The notes under the pieces were generated by a model. That model saw only the letters and a program-made list of their open reading frames with translations, was not told the origin of the DNA and did no database searches. A stretch of DNA of 64,000 nt from a virus, in IMG/VR virus record IMGVR_UViG_3300032322_001562, positions 4,769 through 68,768 of that record. The stretch is one strand, 5' to 3'. Shown here one piece after another: positions 49,027-58,697 of the stretch. Position 1 is the first letter of the stretch; every line of letters begins with the position of its first letter. Both the position numbers and the translations under genes were made by a program.

Positions 49027-51141
49027 CTACTGTCCTTGAACTCCTGGTGGAACCATCATATCAACCATACTTCTATCTAGAACAATTACGTAACTTTCAG
49101 AAGGGTTTCTAACTAACTCTAGACCTTGATATCCTAGCATACCTGCAAGAATAGACAAGTTATATTCGCTAGAGGCTACAAGTCCCAGCTTTGCTTTTAG
49201 AAGCTTAATTTCTTTTTCAAGTTCCAGACCCTCTAGGTCAGGGTCAATTTCATTAAGAACTATCTCTTTAATTAAAGTCTCGTTTAGCTCTCTATTGAAC
49301 TTGTCTAGATTAAAACTTCCGTTGTTTTGGGCGGAGTAAATGTTTCCTTCAGTGCTCCAGCTATTTTCAAAGTGAACAAAAACTTTTGCATCTGGCTTTA
49401 CTCTCATTTTGGCGGTAGTTCCATAGCCCCTAGCAGTGGCCTGACTGGTAGATGCATACTGACCGTCGCCATAAATTCCATATCCATACCATGGCATATC
49501 AGCTGTTCTAAATTGATTGTGCTTATTCCAAGCTTCGGCATCAGACCTATCTGAGATTCCTCGGTAGATAGTGTATTTATCATTTGCAATACTGGCTACT
49601 GTAGTTGGCTTTTTGTCTGCAAACCCAAAAATTCTTGCTAGCTTATGAGCACGTGCGGCCCCATATTTTCCAGTTTTGTCATATTCGACACTTTCTGGGC
49701 CATTATATTCTGGAACAACGCCGTTTTGATCGTCAGCAAAAATACCATCCAAGAATTTAAAGAAGGTGTCTTTATATTGAGAGTAATTGTCTCGCCACTT
49801 TTTATTAATCTGAGCCCTAGTAAGTCCTTTAGAGGATAATAGCTCCATAAACTCTGGAGAAGCATTTCCTGTGATTAAATATTTGGCATATTGTTCTGCA
49901 AAGCTTTCAGAGACACTCTCGTCCCCGTAAAGGCTGGTTCCACTCTGAGAAACATTGAACTTCTTGAAGTCTTCCTCCAGACTCTTTCTTCCAGAAGACT
50001 TTCCGTCTCCCCAAAGCTTATACATCTGAAGGTGTCCGCTTTCGTGGACAATTAGGTGTTTGTAGGCAAGGTCCTTTGTGGTTATGTCAGTGGAGAAGAA
50101 GTCGGAAGGTCTGTCAGGCCTATTCAGCATGGCCTCTATCTTCTCGGGGAACAGGTAGATTCCATTACCACCTAGGAATGTAAATGCTACTTCGTCTCCA
50201 CCAAGTTCAGACGTTACTGCTTTTGGAGCTGCATTTGAAGCTTCAGAAAGAACGTTTAAGGAGATCCTGTCTTTGTTAAATCTAAATGCTCTTGCTGCGG
50301 CAATACCTGCCTTAATCTGGGCAGCGTCGACTTCATTTACGATGGGGGTTAGAACGCCATCGGTGCGCTTTCCGTCCATGTATATGTTGATTTCAGCATT
50401 ATCAGTGTTAGACGAAACTCTGATAAATGATTTGGTTGGATCGCTGCTTCTTTCTCGAAGGATGGAAGCAACTTTTCTACTAGCTCTGTAGGTAGCTTCT
50501 TTATCGTGAGCGCCCTGAACTAAAAACTCGTCCTTAAATTCCTTGAAAAGCCTATCGCTCAGAGCAACGGCTCCTTCAACATCCCAATCAGAGCCAAGAG
50601 CTCTAACAATCGCATCAATTCTTGGCATTTTAGTTCTATACTCTGTGGCAGCATCCGCTCTAAGCTCGTTTGCTGTTTTAGGTCTAGACCCTGTCCGCTT
50701 CTTGTTGTGGAAGAAGCCTCTTACAAGCGCAAGGCCTCTAGTGTCGAGGAATCTGTCAGCTTTTACTAAATTATCTAGGACCGCTGGATTGTACTCTTCG
50801 GTAGAAGACAGGCTGTCATAATCCAGCTGAAGCAAATCTCTAAGAGCTTTTGCATATGCCGTCTGGTCGCCGCTGCCGCGTGCGTCTCTGACCGCCGATA
50901 TTTTAGCTTCGAACTCGTCTAGGTCAGCGTTTGCAGAGATGTTATTGAAAAGCTCTGTTTCAATAGCTTTTAGGTCGTCCCAGCTGGGATCGATAGGAGT
51001 TGTACGAGGACGGCCAGGACCGCGCTTTAAATCTCTTAGCTTTGAAAGATCGAAGTTTTTTCCTTCAAGACTTTTAGCTACTCGAGGCTTTGGGGCTGAA
51101 TCCGGTCCCTCGTTGGAAGGGCCAGAGACAGCCCTATCTAT
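49027..51141 (-). CDS. Zincin metallopeptidase + ADP-ribosyltransferase-like domains; probable -1 frameshift extension of the upstream protein
   Basis: HESGH...SLYG....SESFAE; YRG...YGDGQYAS...A.GY...GYQG...YVIV.D; the frame is open 102 codons upstream of TTG 50835 with no ATG/GTG/TTG. Confidence 0.75.
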   Translation of the reverse strand: MDRAVSGPSNEGPDSAPKPRVAKSLEGKNFDLSKLRDLKRGPGRPRTTPIDPSWDDLKAIETELFNNISANADLDEFEAKISAVRDARGSGDQTAYAKALRDLLQLDYDSLSSTEEYNPAVLDNLVKADRFLDTRGLALVRGFFHNKKRTGSRPKTANELRADAATEYRTKMPRIDAIVRALGSDWDVEGAVALSDRLFKEFKDEFLVQGAHDKEATYRASRKVASILRERSSDPTKSFIRVSSNTDNAEINIYMDGKRTDGVLTPIVNEVDAAQIKAGIAAARAFRFNKDRISLNVLSEASNAAPKAVTSELGGDEVAFTFLGGNGIYLFPEKIEAMLNRPDRPSDFFSTDITTKDLAYKHLIVHESGHLQMYKLWGDGKSSGRKSLEEDFKKFNVSQSGTSLYGDESVSESFAEQYAKYLITGNASPEFMELLSSKGLTRAQINKKWRDNYSQYKDTFFKFLDGIFADDQNGVVPEYNGPESVEYDKTGKYGAARAHKLARIFGFADKKPTTVASIANDKYTIYRGISDRSDAEAWNKHNQFRTADMPWYGYGIYGDGQYASTSQATARGYGTTAKMRVKPDAKVFVHFENSWSTEGNIYSAQNNGSFNLDKFNRELNETLIKEIVLNEIDPDLEGLELEKEIKLLKAKLGLVASSEYNLSILAGMLGYQGLELVRNPSESYVIVLDRSMVDMMVPPGVQGQ

Positions 51142-53846
51142 TTTGGGACGCGGTTTGCCCCTAGCGGAACTAGCTCTAGCTGTTCGTCGCCTTGGTCATC
51201 TAGCCAAACAACGGCCCAGGCTTCGGTTCCATCTTCTGGATCAGTAACAATCTGAGCCTCTACAAAAGTTCCAAGTCTGTCACCGTCTTCGTCTGGCCAA
51301 ACATCCCCGGCCTCGAAGTCTTGAATGTTTCCTGGAGCTTCTACATCGGCCTCGGCCTCTTCTGCCTGTTCTTGTCCAGATACTCCCTGAGTTCCAATGT
51401 ATGGAGCAGCCGCGTCTTGGTCTGCGGTACTTCCTACTTGGTCATCTTCTAGGTCTTGGTTTTCATCGTCCTGCCTTGCTTCGTCTCCGAAGTCGAAGGA
51501 GAATCCGCGCAAGTCACGAAGCTCTTGTCCTTCTACATTTCTCTTGTAGTCGGTTAGGTCTGAATCCTTGTCGTGTAGGTTTAGATCGTTGTCTAGTTCG
51601 TCGCCAAGAATATCCATCTTGGTTGAGCGCAATAGACCGATTTGGTTGTCGCCAAACCTGACATAAACAGCGTCGTCGTAGCCGTCTCTGTTTGGCTCGC
51701 GTAGTCCGATGACAGTTCCAATAGACCATTCGCCAACATTGTTCCAGTAGCGAATCTTGTCGCCCTTTTGAACAATTGTCTTTCCATCCTTGGAAGCAAA
51801 TGGCCTGCGAGCAATGTCTCTTAAATCGAAGCTTTCAGAAAGGATCTTCTTCTCTAGATTGTTTGCAAGTGGAGCAACTTTTCTACCTAGAGGGGTTCCA
51901 TTAAACCTGGACTTGATTCCATCCCTAAGAGTGTTGATAAGAAGGTTTCTCGACTCTTCGGTATCTGGTAGACGTCCAAGAAGCTGAACCATTCTGGCTT
52001 CAAAGGTAGTAAGGTCGTCCTGTTCGATTGCTTCCCAGGCTGAACCGACAAAGCTTTGTAGCTTGGTACCGCGTGCCTGTCCAGACTTGTTGTACTTTTC
52101 TGCACGACCTTCAAGATACTTCTGCACCACTTCCTCTGGAGTAAGCAGCTTAAATGAAGTTTTGTTTAAGTCATCTAGAGTTACTTCCGAGCCAGCAGAC
52201 TTCTTGCCGCGGAAATATCTAATTCTGTCAGCAAGAGTCTTGTCGGAACCGAAATAGTTTAGGGTGTCTCTAGTAGGGGGCTGCTTTCCTGGCATAGTTT
52301 TACCAAGGATGTGGTCGCGGAATACGTAAACACCATTCTTGTCTCCATAGATTCCAGCGAAGGAGTCTTTGTAGTCGAAGTGGTAGAAAGTCTGGACGTT
52401 GCCATTTGAATCGGTGAACTTGTAGCGCTCAATGTATTGGTTTCCGTGGGTCTTAGCGACTGCTACCTCGTATTTATAGGACTTACCATCGTTATCGGTA
52501 AAGTCACCACGCTCAAGGATAATGTTCCCAGCCTGGTCAACTTTTGCCTGAGGATTGTTTTCCAAAAGTGCGTTGTAAATCGCGTTGGGATCTTCAATCT
52601 TTTTACGACCAGCGCCAAATACAGGACGTCCGGTATCTGGATCAATAAGTTGCTGAATTGGAACATTCTGCATCTGCTCGAGAGGAGTTGTATTTGGCGC
52701 GATATCTGAGCCGTCGTCTTCTCTTCCCTTTGGAATTGTTGGAAGCTCTTTTGGCTTAGAAGCCGGAGTCTTTGGCTTAGCTGCTGGCTTAGACACAGGC
52801 TTGGGAGCTGCTGGCGCAGCTGTGTCTACGTCATCTGTAGCTGGCGCTTGTGCTGGTGCTGGAGCAGGAGCTAAAGTAACTACTGGCTTCTTCTTAAACT
52901 TGCTTTTGTCGGGGGAAACTAGAACTTCAAGACCCTCGTCGGGGTTAACATCAAAAGTTTTTCTTACGCCATTTTCATTCTCAAGATCTACTTCAAGAAC
53001 TTGCCCCTGAGATCCTGGCTTTTGTCTAATTCCTCTAACAATGGCTTCTGTTGATTTTAACTTTAGAACATCACCATCTGCTAGCTGAATAGCAGTTTTC
53101 TTTTTGGTGGCTGCAGAGGGGGCCTTTGCAGCGTCTACCAATCTCTCTACGTCTGGTGCATCTCCTCCGTAAGCAATGTCTGCAATAACGTCCTCTACAG
53201 CTGAATCAACTGGGTCTTGCGGAGCCAGCTGATCACGTGAGCTGGCATCAAAATCGTCTGGATTAATTCCAGATTCTCTTAGAAGCTCTTTTGCTTCTTC
53301 TCTGTCTAGAGATTCAAAACCACCGGGAAGTTCTGCAATAGGAGAATTCTTTCTACCATCCTCTTCGGCTGCTCGCTCTTCTGGGGTGAGCTCTCCTCTA
53401 ATCAGACGCTCGTCATTAGCGGTGATGTCGGTTCTAGTCTTTTCAATATCTTCAATTGTTGGAATGTCTTGGTCAGTAAGAGTTCTTGTATTTCCAAAAA
53501 TATCTGTTGATTCTAGAGAGATTCCTTTTTCTTCCAAAAAGCTTTCTGGAAGCTGCGCCTTTACAGTGGAGTCGAGTAGGTGAGAGTCAATTTCATAAAC
53601 TCCATCAAACATTCCCCTTTTGTTTCTAACTACAACTCTTGCCTTACCTGGGACACCGGTTGGGCCTACATAGTTACCAGTCAGTCCGACTCGGCGGTTT
53701 CCTTTACCACGAAGGATAGCTAAAACGGTGGCGCCCATCTCGATCCAACGGCCGCCTCGGTCTCGGGGCTGAATTCTCCAGAAACCCTTGTTTGCACCAT
53801 CGTTGAGACCGATTGCAGCGGTAATTACCGTTTGCTGATTTTCCAT
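51138..53846 (-). CDS. Large putative internal virion/head protein (902 aa)
   Basis: Lies between portal and protease; N-terminal QPRDRGGRW motif; SH3-like segments; ends C CCA AAA TAG. Confidence 0.75.
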   Translation of the reverse strand: MENQQTVITAAIGLNDGANKGFWRIQPRDRGGRWIEMGATVLAILRGKGNRRVGLTGNYVGPTGVPGKARVVVRNKRGMFDGVYEIDSHLLDSTVKAQLPESFLEEKGISLESTDIFGNTRTLTDQDIPTIEDIEKTRTDITANDERLIRGELTPEERAAEEDGRKNSPIAELPGGFESLDREEAKELLRESGINPDDFDASSRDQLAPQDPVDSAVEDVIADIAYGGDAPDVERLVDAAKAPSAATKKKTAIQLADGDVLKLKSTEAIVRGIRQKPGSQGQVLEVDLENENGVRKTFDVNPDEGLEVLVSPDKSKFKKKPVVTLAPAPAPAQAPATDDVDTAAPAAPKPVSKPAAKPKTPASKPKELPTIPKGREDDGSDIAPNTTPLEQMQNVPIQQLIDPDTGRPVFGAGRKKIEDPNAIYNALLENNPQAKVDQAGNIILERGDFTDNDGKSYKYEVAVAKTHGNQYIERYKFTDSNGNVQTFYHFDYKDSFAGIYGDKNGVYVFRDHILGKTMPGKQPPTRDTLNYFGSDKTLADRIRYFRGKKSAGSEVTLDDLNKTSFKLLTPEEVVQKYLEGRAEKYNKSGQARGTKLQSFVGSAWEAIEQDDLTTFEARMVQLLGRLPDTEESRNLLINTLRDGIKSRFNGTPLGRKVAPLANNLEKKILSESFDLRDIARRPFASKDGKTIVQKGDKIRYWNNVGEWSIGTVIGLREPNRDGYDDAVYVRFGDNQIGLLRSTKMDILGDELDNDLNLHDKDSDLTDYKRNVEGQELRDLRGFSFDFGDEARQDDENQDLEDDQVGSTADQDAAAPYIGTQGVSGQEQAEEAEADVEAPGNIQDFEAGDVWPDEDGDRLGTFVEAQIVTDPEDGTEAWAVVWLDDQGDEQLELVPLGANRVPK

Positions 53847-53909
53847 GAAGTATCCTCTGTAAAAGGTGAAAACTACCTACAATTTTACCCTAATGATTGA
53901 CAGAGTTAG

Positions 53910-54407
53910 TTAGGCAGTGAGAGCTTTCTCCAGCAAAAACATAGTCTGGTCTGAAAGCTGTCCTCGCTTAGCCATCAATATCAATCTGGTGTTGGCATGA
54001 AGCAGGGTTACCTCATCAACATCAGGAGACAGAGATGCAACAATTGCATCTCTAGCCTTTTCGGAAACCTCCGGGGCTCCCGCTAGCCACTCGGCTAGGT
54101 TCTCTCTGTCCTGGCTCTCCGAATATGGGTGACCAGACGAAAGAAGTGCAGTATATCGAGAGTTGAACTCTAGCTCATCTGTAACATTAAAAGCAGTGGT
54201 TGCGTACTCGGCGAAGCTTTGGACGTCGTAGCGAATGGCATCGGCCCTTTCGTCGTCCTCCAGGTATGAGTAGTAGTTGCAGGCCTGCTGAGCAACCTCG
54301 ACAGCAGTGGCTGCTGTGATATGCCTAGATTCTCCAACCTTGGAATTGTAGTAGCTAATGGTATCTGCTAGCTCATCTGGAGATATGAATTGGTCCCAAG
54401 TATTCAC
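53910..54407 (-). CDS. Hypothetical head-region protein
   Basis: LL..GHP motif echoing LLPASHP of the upstream gene. Confidence 0.6.
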   Translation of the reverse strand: MNTWDQFISPDELADTISYYNSKVGESRHITAATAVEVAQQACNYYSYLEDDERADAIRYDVQSFAEYATTAFNVTDELEFNSRYTALLSSGHPYSESQDRENLAEWLAGAPEVSEKARDAIVASLSPDVDEVTLLHANTRLILMAKRGQLSDQTMFLLEKALTA

Positions 54408-55822
54408 TACTCGTCCTCTTTCTTAGGAAGTAAATCTGCGTCAGGGCTATCATACAAGTTCATGGCTAGCTCAGAAGCTCTTTCAAATGGATCCATTCCC
54501 ATCTCTAGAGCCCTATTCCAAGATGCTCTGATGCTAGGAATAATTTCATAGCTCAGGTCGGAATATTCGGCTAGAGAGAAAATGGCGTGCTCATCAGAAA
54601 CGTATTCTTCCCTAGGCAAAATTCTTACAGTAGACGCTTCCTTTATGGCTGAGTCAATCATGTAGCCAGCGGCGGCTAGGGACGAAGCGTTTCGCTTGCT
54701 TGATTTAGGGTGGCTTGCTGGAAGCAGGTCATTGTCTGTGGTGTACTTAGAGTTCTTTGGACGACCAGTTCGTAGCAAGTGTAGATAAGCATTTACTCTT
54801 GCCATAGCCCATGAGTTGCGGTTCTGGTCTGGACGGTGGGAAGTAGAGAACGCTCCAGCTCCACGGCGGTAAACAGCCTTAAGAGTTCTAAGAGAGGTCT
54901 TACGACCGTCTTTGGCCTTTTCGTTATGCTTTTTAACTTTCTCGGAAAGAGACTTTTCTACTTTCTTAGAGAAAGAGATTCCTTTACCAGTTGCAGCAGA
55001 GCCCTTCTTGTTTTTCTTCGAGCCAAAGATGCGATCCTTTTTAGGGGCTGGCTTTGAGCCTGCGGTAGCAGTCACCGACTCTTCGGACTCTTCCGTAACA
55101 GGTCCACCTGCAGCCCAAGCGTTGCAGGTACGCTTAGAAGCGCACTTGAAGTCGAGGGCATTGCAGTAGCCAAGCTCTCCCGCTTCGATGGAGCCTTCAG
55201 CTTCCTGGTTGCCTAAGCCAATACCTTCTTCAAGGCACTCAAGCATCTTAGGAGTACGAACAAAGAAAATGCAATTGCCGCAGCGGGCAGACTTAGCTTC
55301 GCGCACAGTTGTGTTCCAACGCTCTGCCTTGTCTTGCCAAAAAACATCGTTAGGAAGTGCTGGATTTAGTGGACCGTAACCAACATTGTCGATGGCATTC
55401 TGTCGATTTTCTAAGTTAAGTTGGATGTCCTGAGTTGCGGGAGGGCACTTGCCACCGTAGCCACCAACGTCGGCCGTAACAGCGCCGTCTGGAAGGATTG
55501 CAAAGCGGCAGAGGCCGCCCTCCTCAGTCTCGGCGTGAATAATCTTGCAGCCGTTAGGAGCTTCCCAGAAAACGCAGTTGCCGCACTTAACACCGATTGC
55601 TGCATTCTCTGCATTCTTTTCTGCAGAGTCGTAGCCAGCCCAAACGCCAGTATTGTCTGCGTTGAACTTACCATACTTTTCAACTACTTCGATAAGAGCT
55701 TCTGCAAGCTCGCGCTCTTCGTCAATTAGAATGGCAGCGCTCACTGGCTCTTCTACTTTGTCGTAGTCTAGAATTTCTGCAGGTGCACTGGCACCTCCGG
55801 ATGCGTTAAGTTGCTCAGACAT
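54407..55822 (-). CDS. Multi-module head-region protein with two Cys-rich domains and a basic C-terminal module
   Basis: CGNC.F x2; LKAVYRRG.GA...SHRP...WAMARVNA...D.DLLP..HP. Confidence 0.65.
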   Translation of the reverse strand: MSEQLNASGGASAPAEILDYDKVEEPVSAAILIDEERELAEALIEVVEKYGKFNADNTGVWAGYDSAEKNAENAAIGVKCGNCVFWEAPNGCKIIHAETEEGGLCRFAILPDGAVTADVGGYGGKCPPATQDIQLNLENRQNAIDNVGYGPLNPALPNDVFWQDKAERWNTTVREAKSARCGNCIFFVRTPKMLECLEEGIGLGNQEAEGSIEAGELGYCNALDFKCASKRTCNAWAAGGPVTEESEESVTATAGSKPAPKKDRIFGSKKNKKGSAATGKGISFSKKVEKSLSEKVKKHNEKAKDGRKTSLRTLKAVYRRGAGAFSTSHRPDQNRNSWAMARVNAYLHLLRTGRPKNSKYTTDNDLLPASHPKSSKRNASSLAAAGYMIDSAIKEASTVRILPREEYVSDEHAIFSLAEYSDLSYEIIPSIRASWNRALEMGMDPFERASELAMNLYDSPDADLLPKKEDE

Positions 55823-56277
55823 TAGCGGATACCGAGAAATGCCTTAATCTGCCAGTTCCACTTCTTGTGGGTGTCAATGCGACCAGCTAGAAAGTCCATG
55901 AGACCCTGCTCGTTGCACTTCTCTGCCTCAGTAAATGCATCGTAGTAGCAGTCAATGAGAGCCTGGTTGACATTTAGAACCGAGTTTAGAAGCTCTGGAA
56001 CATTTGCTCCGTCGTAGCGTGGCTCCTTAATAGTTGACATCTCGACGAAGTCAGTTAGCAAATATGGAGCTGCGTATCCAACCTTGAGAATGTTTTCTGC
56101 TAGTGGGTCGATAGCCCCGTCAACGTCTTCGTATAGTTTTCCGAAAAAGTCGTGCATCTCTGCGAAGTCGCCACCTAGTACGTTCCAGTGATATCCCTGG
56201 TAGACGAATTTGGCAGTTACTACATCAGAAAGCAGCTTTGCTAGCTTAGCTGCTAGCTCTGGATTTGGGCCATGCAT
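55822..56277 (-). CDS. dps: Dps/ferritin-like DNA-protection protein
   Basis: YHWNV.G.DF..MH.FF..LY.....ID.LAE...H.K..W ferroxidase signature. Confidence 0.9.
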   Translation of the reverse strand: MHGPNPELAAKLAKLLSDVVTAKFVYQGYHWNVLGGDFAEMHDFFGKLYEDVDGAIDPLAENILKVGYAAPYLLTDFVEMSTIKEPRYDGANVPELLNSVLNVNQALIDCYYDAFTEAEKCNEQGLMDFLAGRIDTHKKWNWQIKAFLGIR

Positions 56278-56278
56278 G

Positions 56279-58024
56279 TTATACCTCTGGTTCGGCTAGT
56301 GGTGGAGCTTGGGTTGGTATTGCTTCTCCCTCGGGCGAGGCGGCTGGCATTCCAGTTGCTTCCTGCAAAATTTGATCAATCTCTGGTGAAATTGGCGCAC
56401 CGCTTTGTGCCATGTTCTGCTCGCGAACCTCTCCCATAATGTCTGGCGCAACAGCCCTGAGCAGAGATTCGGTGAGTTCTGGAGTAACCATTCCCTTTTG
56501 CAGAATAAAGCGAAGTGCAAATTCTTGTGGGTCTGGTGCGTCTGCATCCGAGAATCCATGAGCACGTCTCCAAGCGTTATATGAAACCGCCATCTTGTCG
56601 AATCCAGAGTCAGCGTCCGCTGCTCGGTCGTTGCGGGTGGCAACAAGACTTGGGTCGTACCAGATGCAAAGTTTCTTTACTTCATCTTCTGGATAGCCAT
56701 TAGCAACTAGATATGGACGCAAGTACATAACAGTGAGCGCGTCAACAATCAAAAGCATCAGAGGCTCGATGTGTGCCTTGTAGAGGGCTTCATCGATTTG
56801 CATGGCGTTAGAGTATTTAACGTTGGCAAGTCCTGTTACAACATCCTTTGGAACGTCTAGGCCTTGCATGATTCTCTCGAGAACGCGGTCTGCACGCTGA
56901 GCAAGAGCTGGGTCGAAGGAACGCTCGAACTTGAACTGCTTGATACGGTCACCGAGTTCTGCAGGACCACGAATGATAAGCGGCACGACAGCTGACGCTG
57001 AATCTTCATCCTTAATCGGAGTGGTCATCGCATCGATTAGTTGGTCTTCGAACTCGTCAGCCGCTTCCTCTGGGTTGTACTGCTCGTTGTAGTTACCCTC
57101 TTCATCGTACGGATAGTCAGGATCGGGAGACGCAGCGACTGAAAGACCGTCTGGAAGATAAAGGGCACCAGCGTTGAGGCGAGAGCGTGCAGTTGCACGG
57201 AATGTTCTGTTGAGGAGAAGCAGTTCAGCGCAAAGGTCAAGTAGACCTCGTAGCGAGCTGTCTGCTTCCTGGCTGTAGCGTGGGTGTGCTCTCCAAATAC
57301 GACCAACGTAGGCAGTATTTGGAAGACGAACTACGTCCTTGTTTCCAGTAGACATGCTAGAAGCAATGGAAGTTCCACCGGAAATATCACGACGCGGGTT
57401 GATGATGTAGTTACCCTTGGCGTCTACCTGCAACTCGTCAACGGAACGGATGTCCCATGACTCTGGAAGCCCGGAACCAAGGCGCTCTGGAATCTGAACT
57501 AGGTAGCACTCTCCAGTAACCTGCAGGTTGAGAGCGGCGTCCTTTAGAAGACCTGGCTGACCGCCGTAAGCCGAGCTAAGACGGTCAAGCGCACGCTGTG
57601 CAGCTGCAGCAAGGCGTGGATCGATAGCCTCTACCGAGTCGATAGGAGCTGGAGCCTCTGCAGGGTTAGATACTGCAGCTGCATAGAGGCGAATACGAGA
57701 TACAACAGACGCAACTAAGTTAAAAGCGTACTTAACTTCACCGATTGCGTCGTAGTATTCCCATGCTTCAGTCTGCCAAGCAGTCGAGGCTGCATTTCGA
57801 CGAGCTTTGAAGTACTCCGCTTCACTTCTGTCGTCTAGTCTGACCTGAGCTGCTGCTGCAGTTAGTGGGCGAGGGGTGTTAAATGCTTGAGGCTCGGCAT
57901 AAACAATGCCAAAAGAGTCAATCGAGACTCCTGGAGCCACGCGAGTAGCATTCTTAGGAGCAGAAGCACGCATGTTGGTGCTTTTTTGCTCATTTTTTGG
58001 CGTTTCTCGCTTAAAAATACCCAA
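56279..58024 (-). CDS. Portal protein
   Basis: WQ.EAW.YYD.IGE, S.IRLYA, R.W..HPR, SA.VP; follows the terminase. Confidence 0.85.
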   Translation of the reverse strand: MGIFKRETPKNEQKSTNMRASAPKNATRVAPGVSIDSFGIVYAEPQAFNTPRPLTAAAAQVRLDDRSEAEYFKARRNAASTAWQTEAWEYYDAIGEVKYAFNLVASVVSRIRLYAAAVSNPAEAPAPIDSVEAIDPRLAAAAQRALDRLSSAYGGQPGLLKDAALNLQVTGECYLVQIPERLGSGLPESWDIRSVDELQVDAKGNYIINPRRDISGGTSIASSMSTGNKDVVRLPNTAYVGRIWRAHPRYSQEADSSLRGLLDLCAELLLLNRTFRATARSRLNAGALYLPDGLSVAASPDPDYPYDEEGNYNEQYNPEEAADEFEDQLIDAMTTPIKDEDSASAVVPLIIRGPAELGDRIKQFKFERSFDPALAQRADRVLERIMQGLDVPKDVVTGLANVKYSNAMQIDEALYKAHIEPLMLLIVDALTVMYLRPYLVANGYPEDEVKKLCIWYDPSLVATRNDRAADADSGFDKMAVSYNAWRRAHGFSDADAPDPQEFALRFILQKGMVTPELTESLLRAVAPDIMGEVREQNMAQSGAPISPEIDQILQEATGMPAASPEGEAIPTQAPPLAEPEV

Positions 58025-58042
58025 GGCGGGGCTCCCTGTCTC

Positions 58043-58333
58043 TTACCGCTCGATCCAGGCGGACAAAAGCCCGACCACAGCGGAAATGGCCATGATTAAT
58101 GATACCACAAAGGTAAATTGAGGTAGGATTGAAGCTCCGGCAACGAGCGCGAATGACACCCAGAAGCCAGTGCACCAATTACAAGTGATTAAATATCCAA
58201 TTTTTGTCGTTGGAGACCACTTTTTCCAAATCCAATTTCTAAAACCATCCAAAATTGCATCTGTTGTGATTAGGTGAGTGATTCTGTATGCAGCAAGTGC
58301 AAAAATCACGAAGTTAATTGTCGTTATATCCAT
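58043..58333 (-). CDS. DUF1360-like membrane protein
   Basis: LA.YR.T.L.T.D.I...R, L..C.WC..FW. Confidence 0.8.
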   Translation of the reverse strand: MDITTINFVIFALAAYRITHLITTDAILDGFRNWIWKKWSPTTKIGYLITCNWCTGFWVSFALVAGASILPQFTFVVSLIMAISAVVGLLSAWIER

Positions 58334-58334
58334 T

Positions 58335-58697
58335 TTAGTCCTTAATCGAATTCAAGGTTTGATACGGGTTCCATCCACGAAGCCTAGACCCGCAGCCGCA
58401 ACCAGTATCTTTCTTGAATGCTAGCATTTTTCCCGTCTTGGTGACAACCCTAGAATCAATTTTAGGGTCTTCAGACGGAAAGAACGTCTCATATGCTTCT
58501 CGAAATACGATCTGCGGACCTTCAGAGGAGTCTTTGGCGACCACGACATGCTCATCTGTAACTATCACCCTTGTAACTTCTAAGTATCTGGACCCTGGAG
58601 TAGGCTCGTAGCTTCGCAGCTGCGAAACGTCTTCGAGTTCTCCTGCAGCGATTGCTGCTAAGTGACAGGGAAACCTGTCCATAATGATTCTGGTCAC
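58335..58697 (-). CDS. Hypothetical protein
   Basis: Coupled ORF with GCGCGS.L motif. Confidence 0.65.
   Translation of the reverse strand: MTRIIMDRFPCHLAAIAAGELEDVSQLRSYEPTPGSRYLEVTRVIVTDEHVVVAKDSSEGPQIVFREAYETFFPSEDPKIDSRVVTKTGKMLAFKKDTGCGCGSRLRGWNPYQTLNSIKD

Noticed and set aside
51080-51140. TAG read-through or stop-codon reassignment of the 902-aa ORF
   Set aside because: The zero frame hits another TAG about 20 codons later, the downstream ORF is in the -1 frame, and all three stops terminate genes normally elsewhere.
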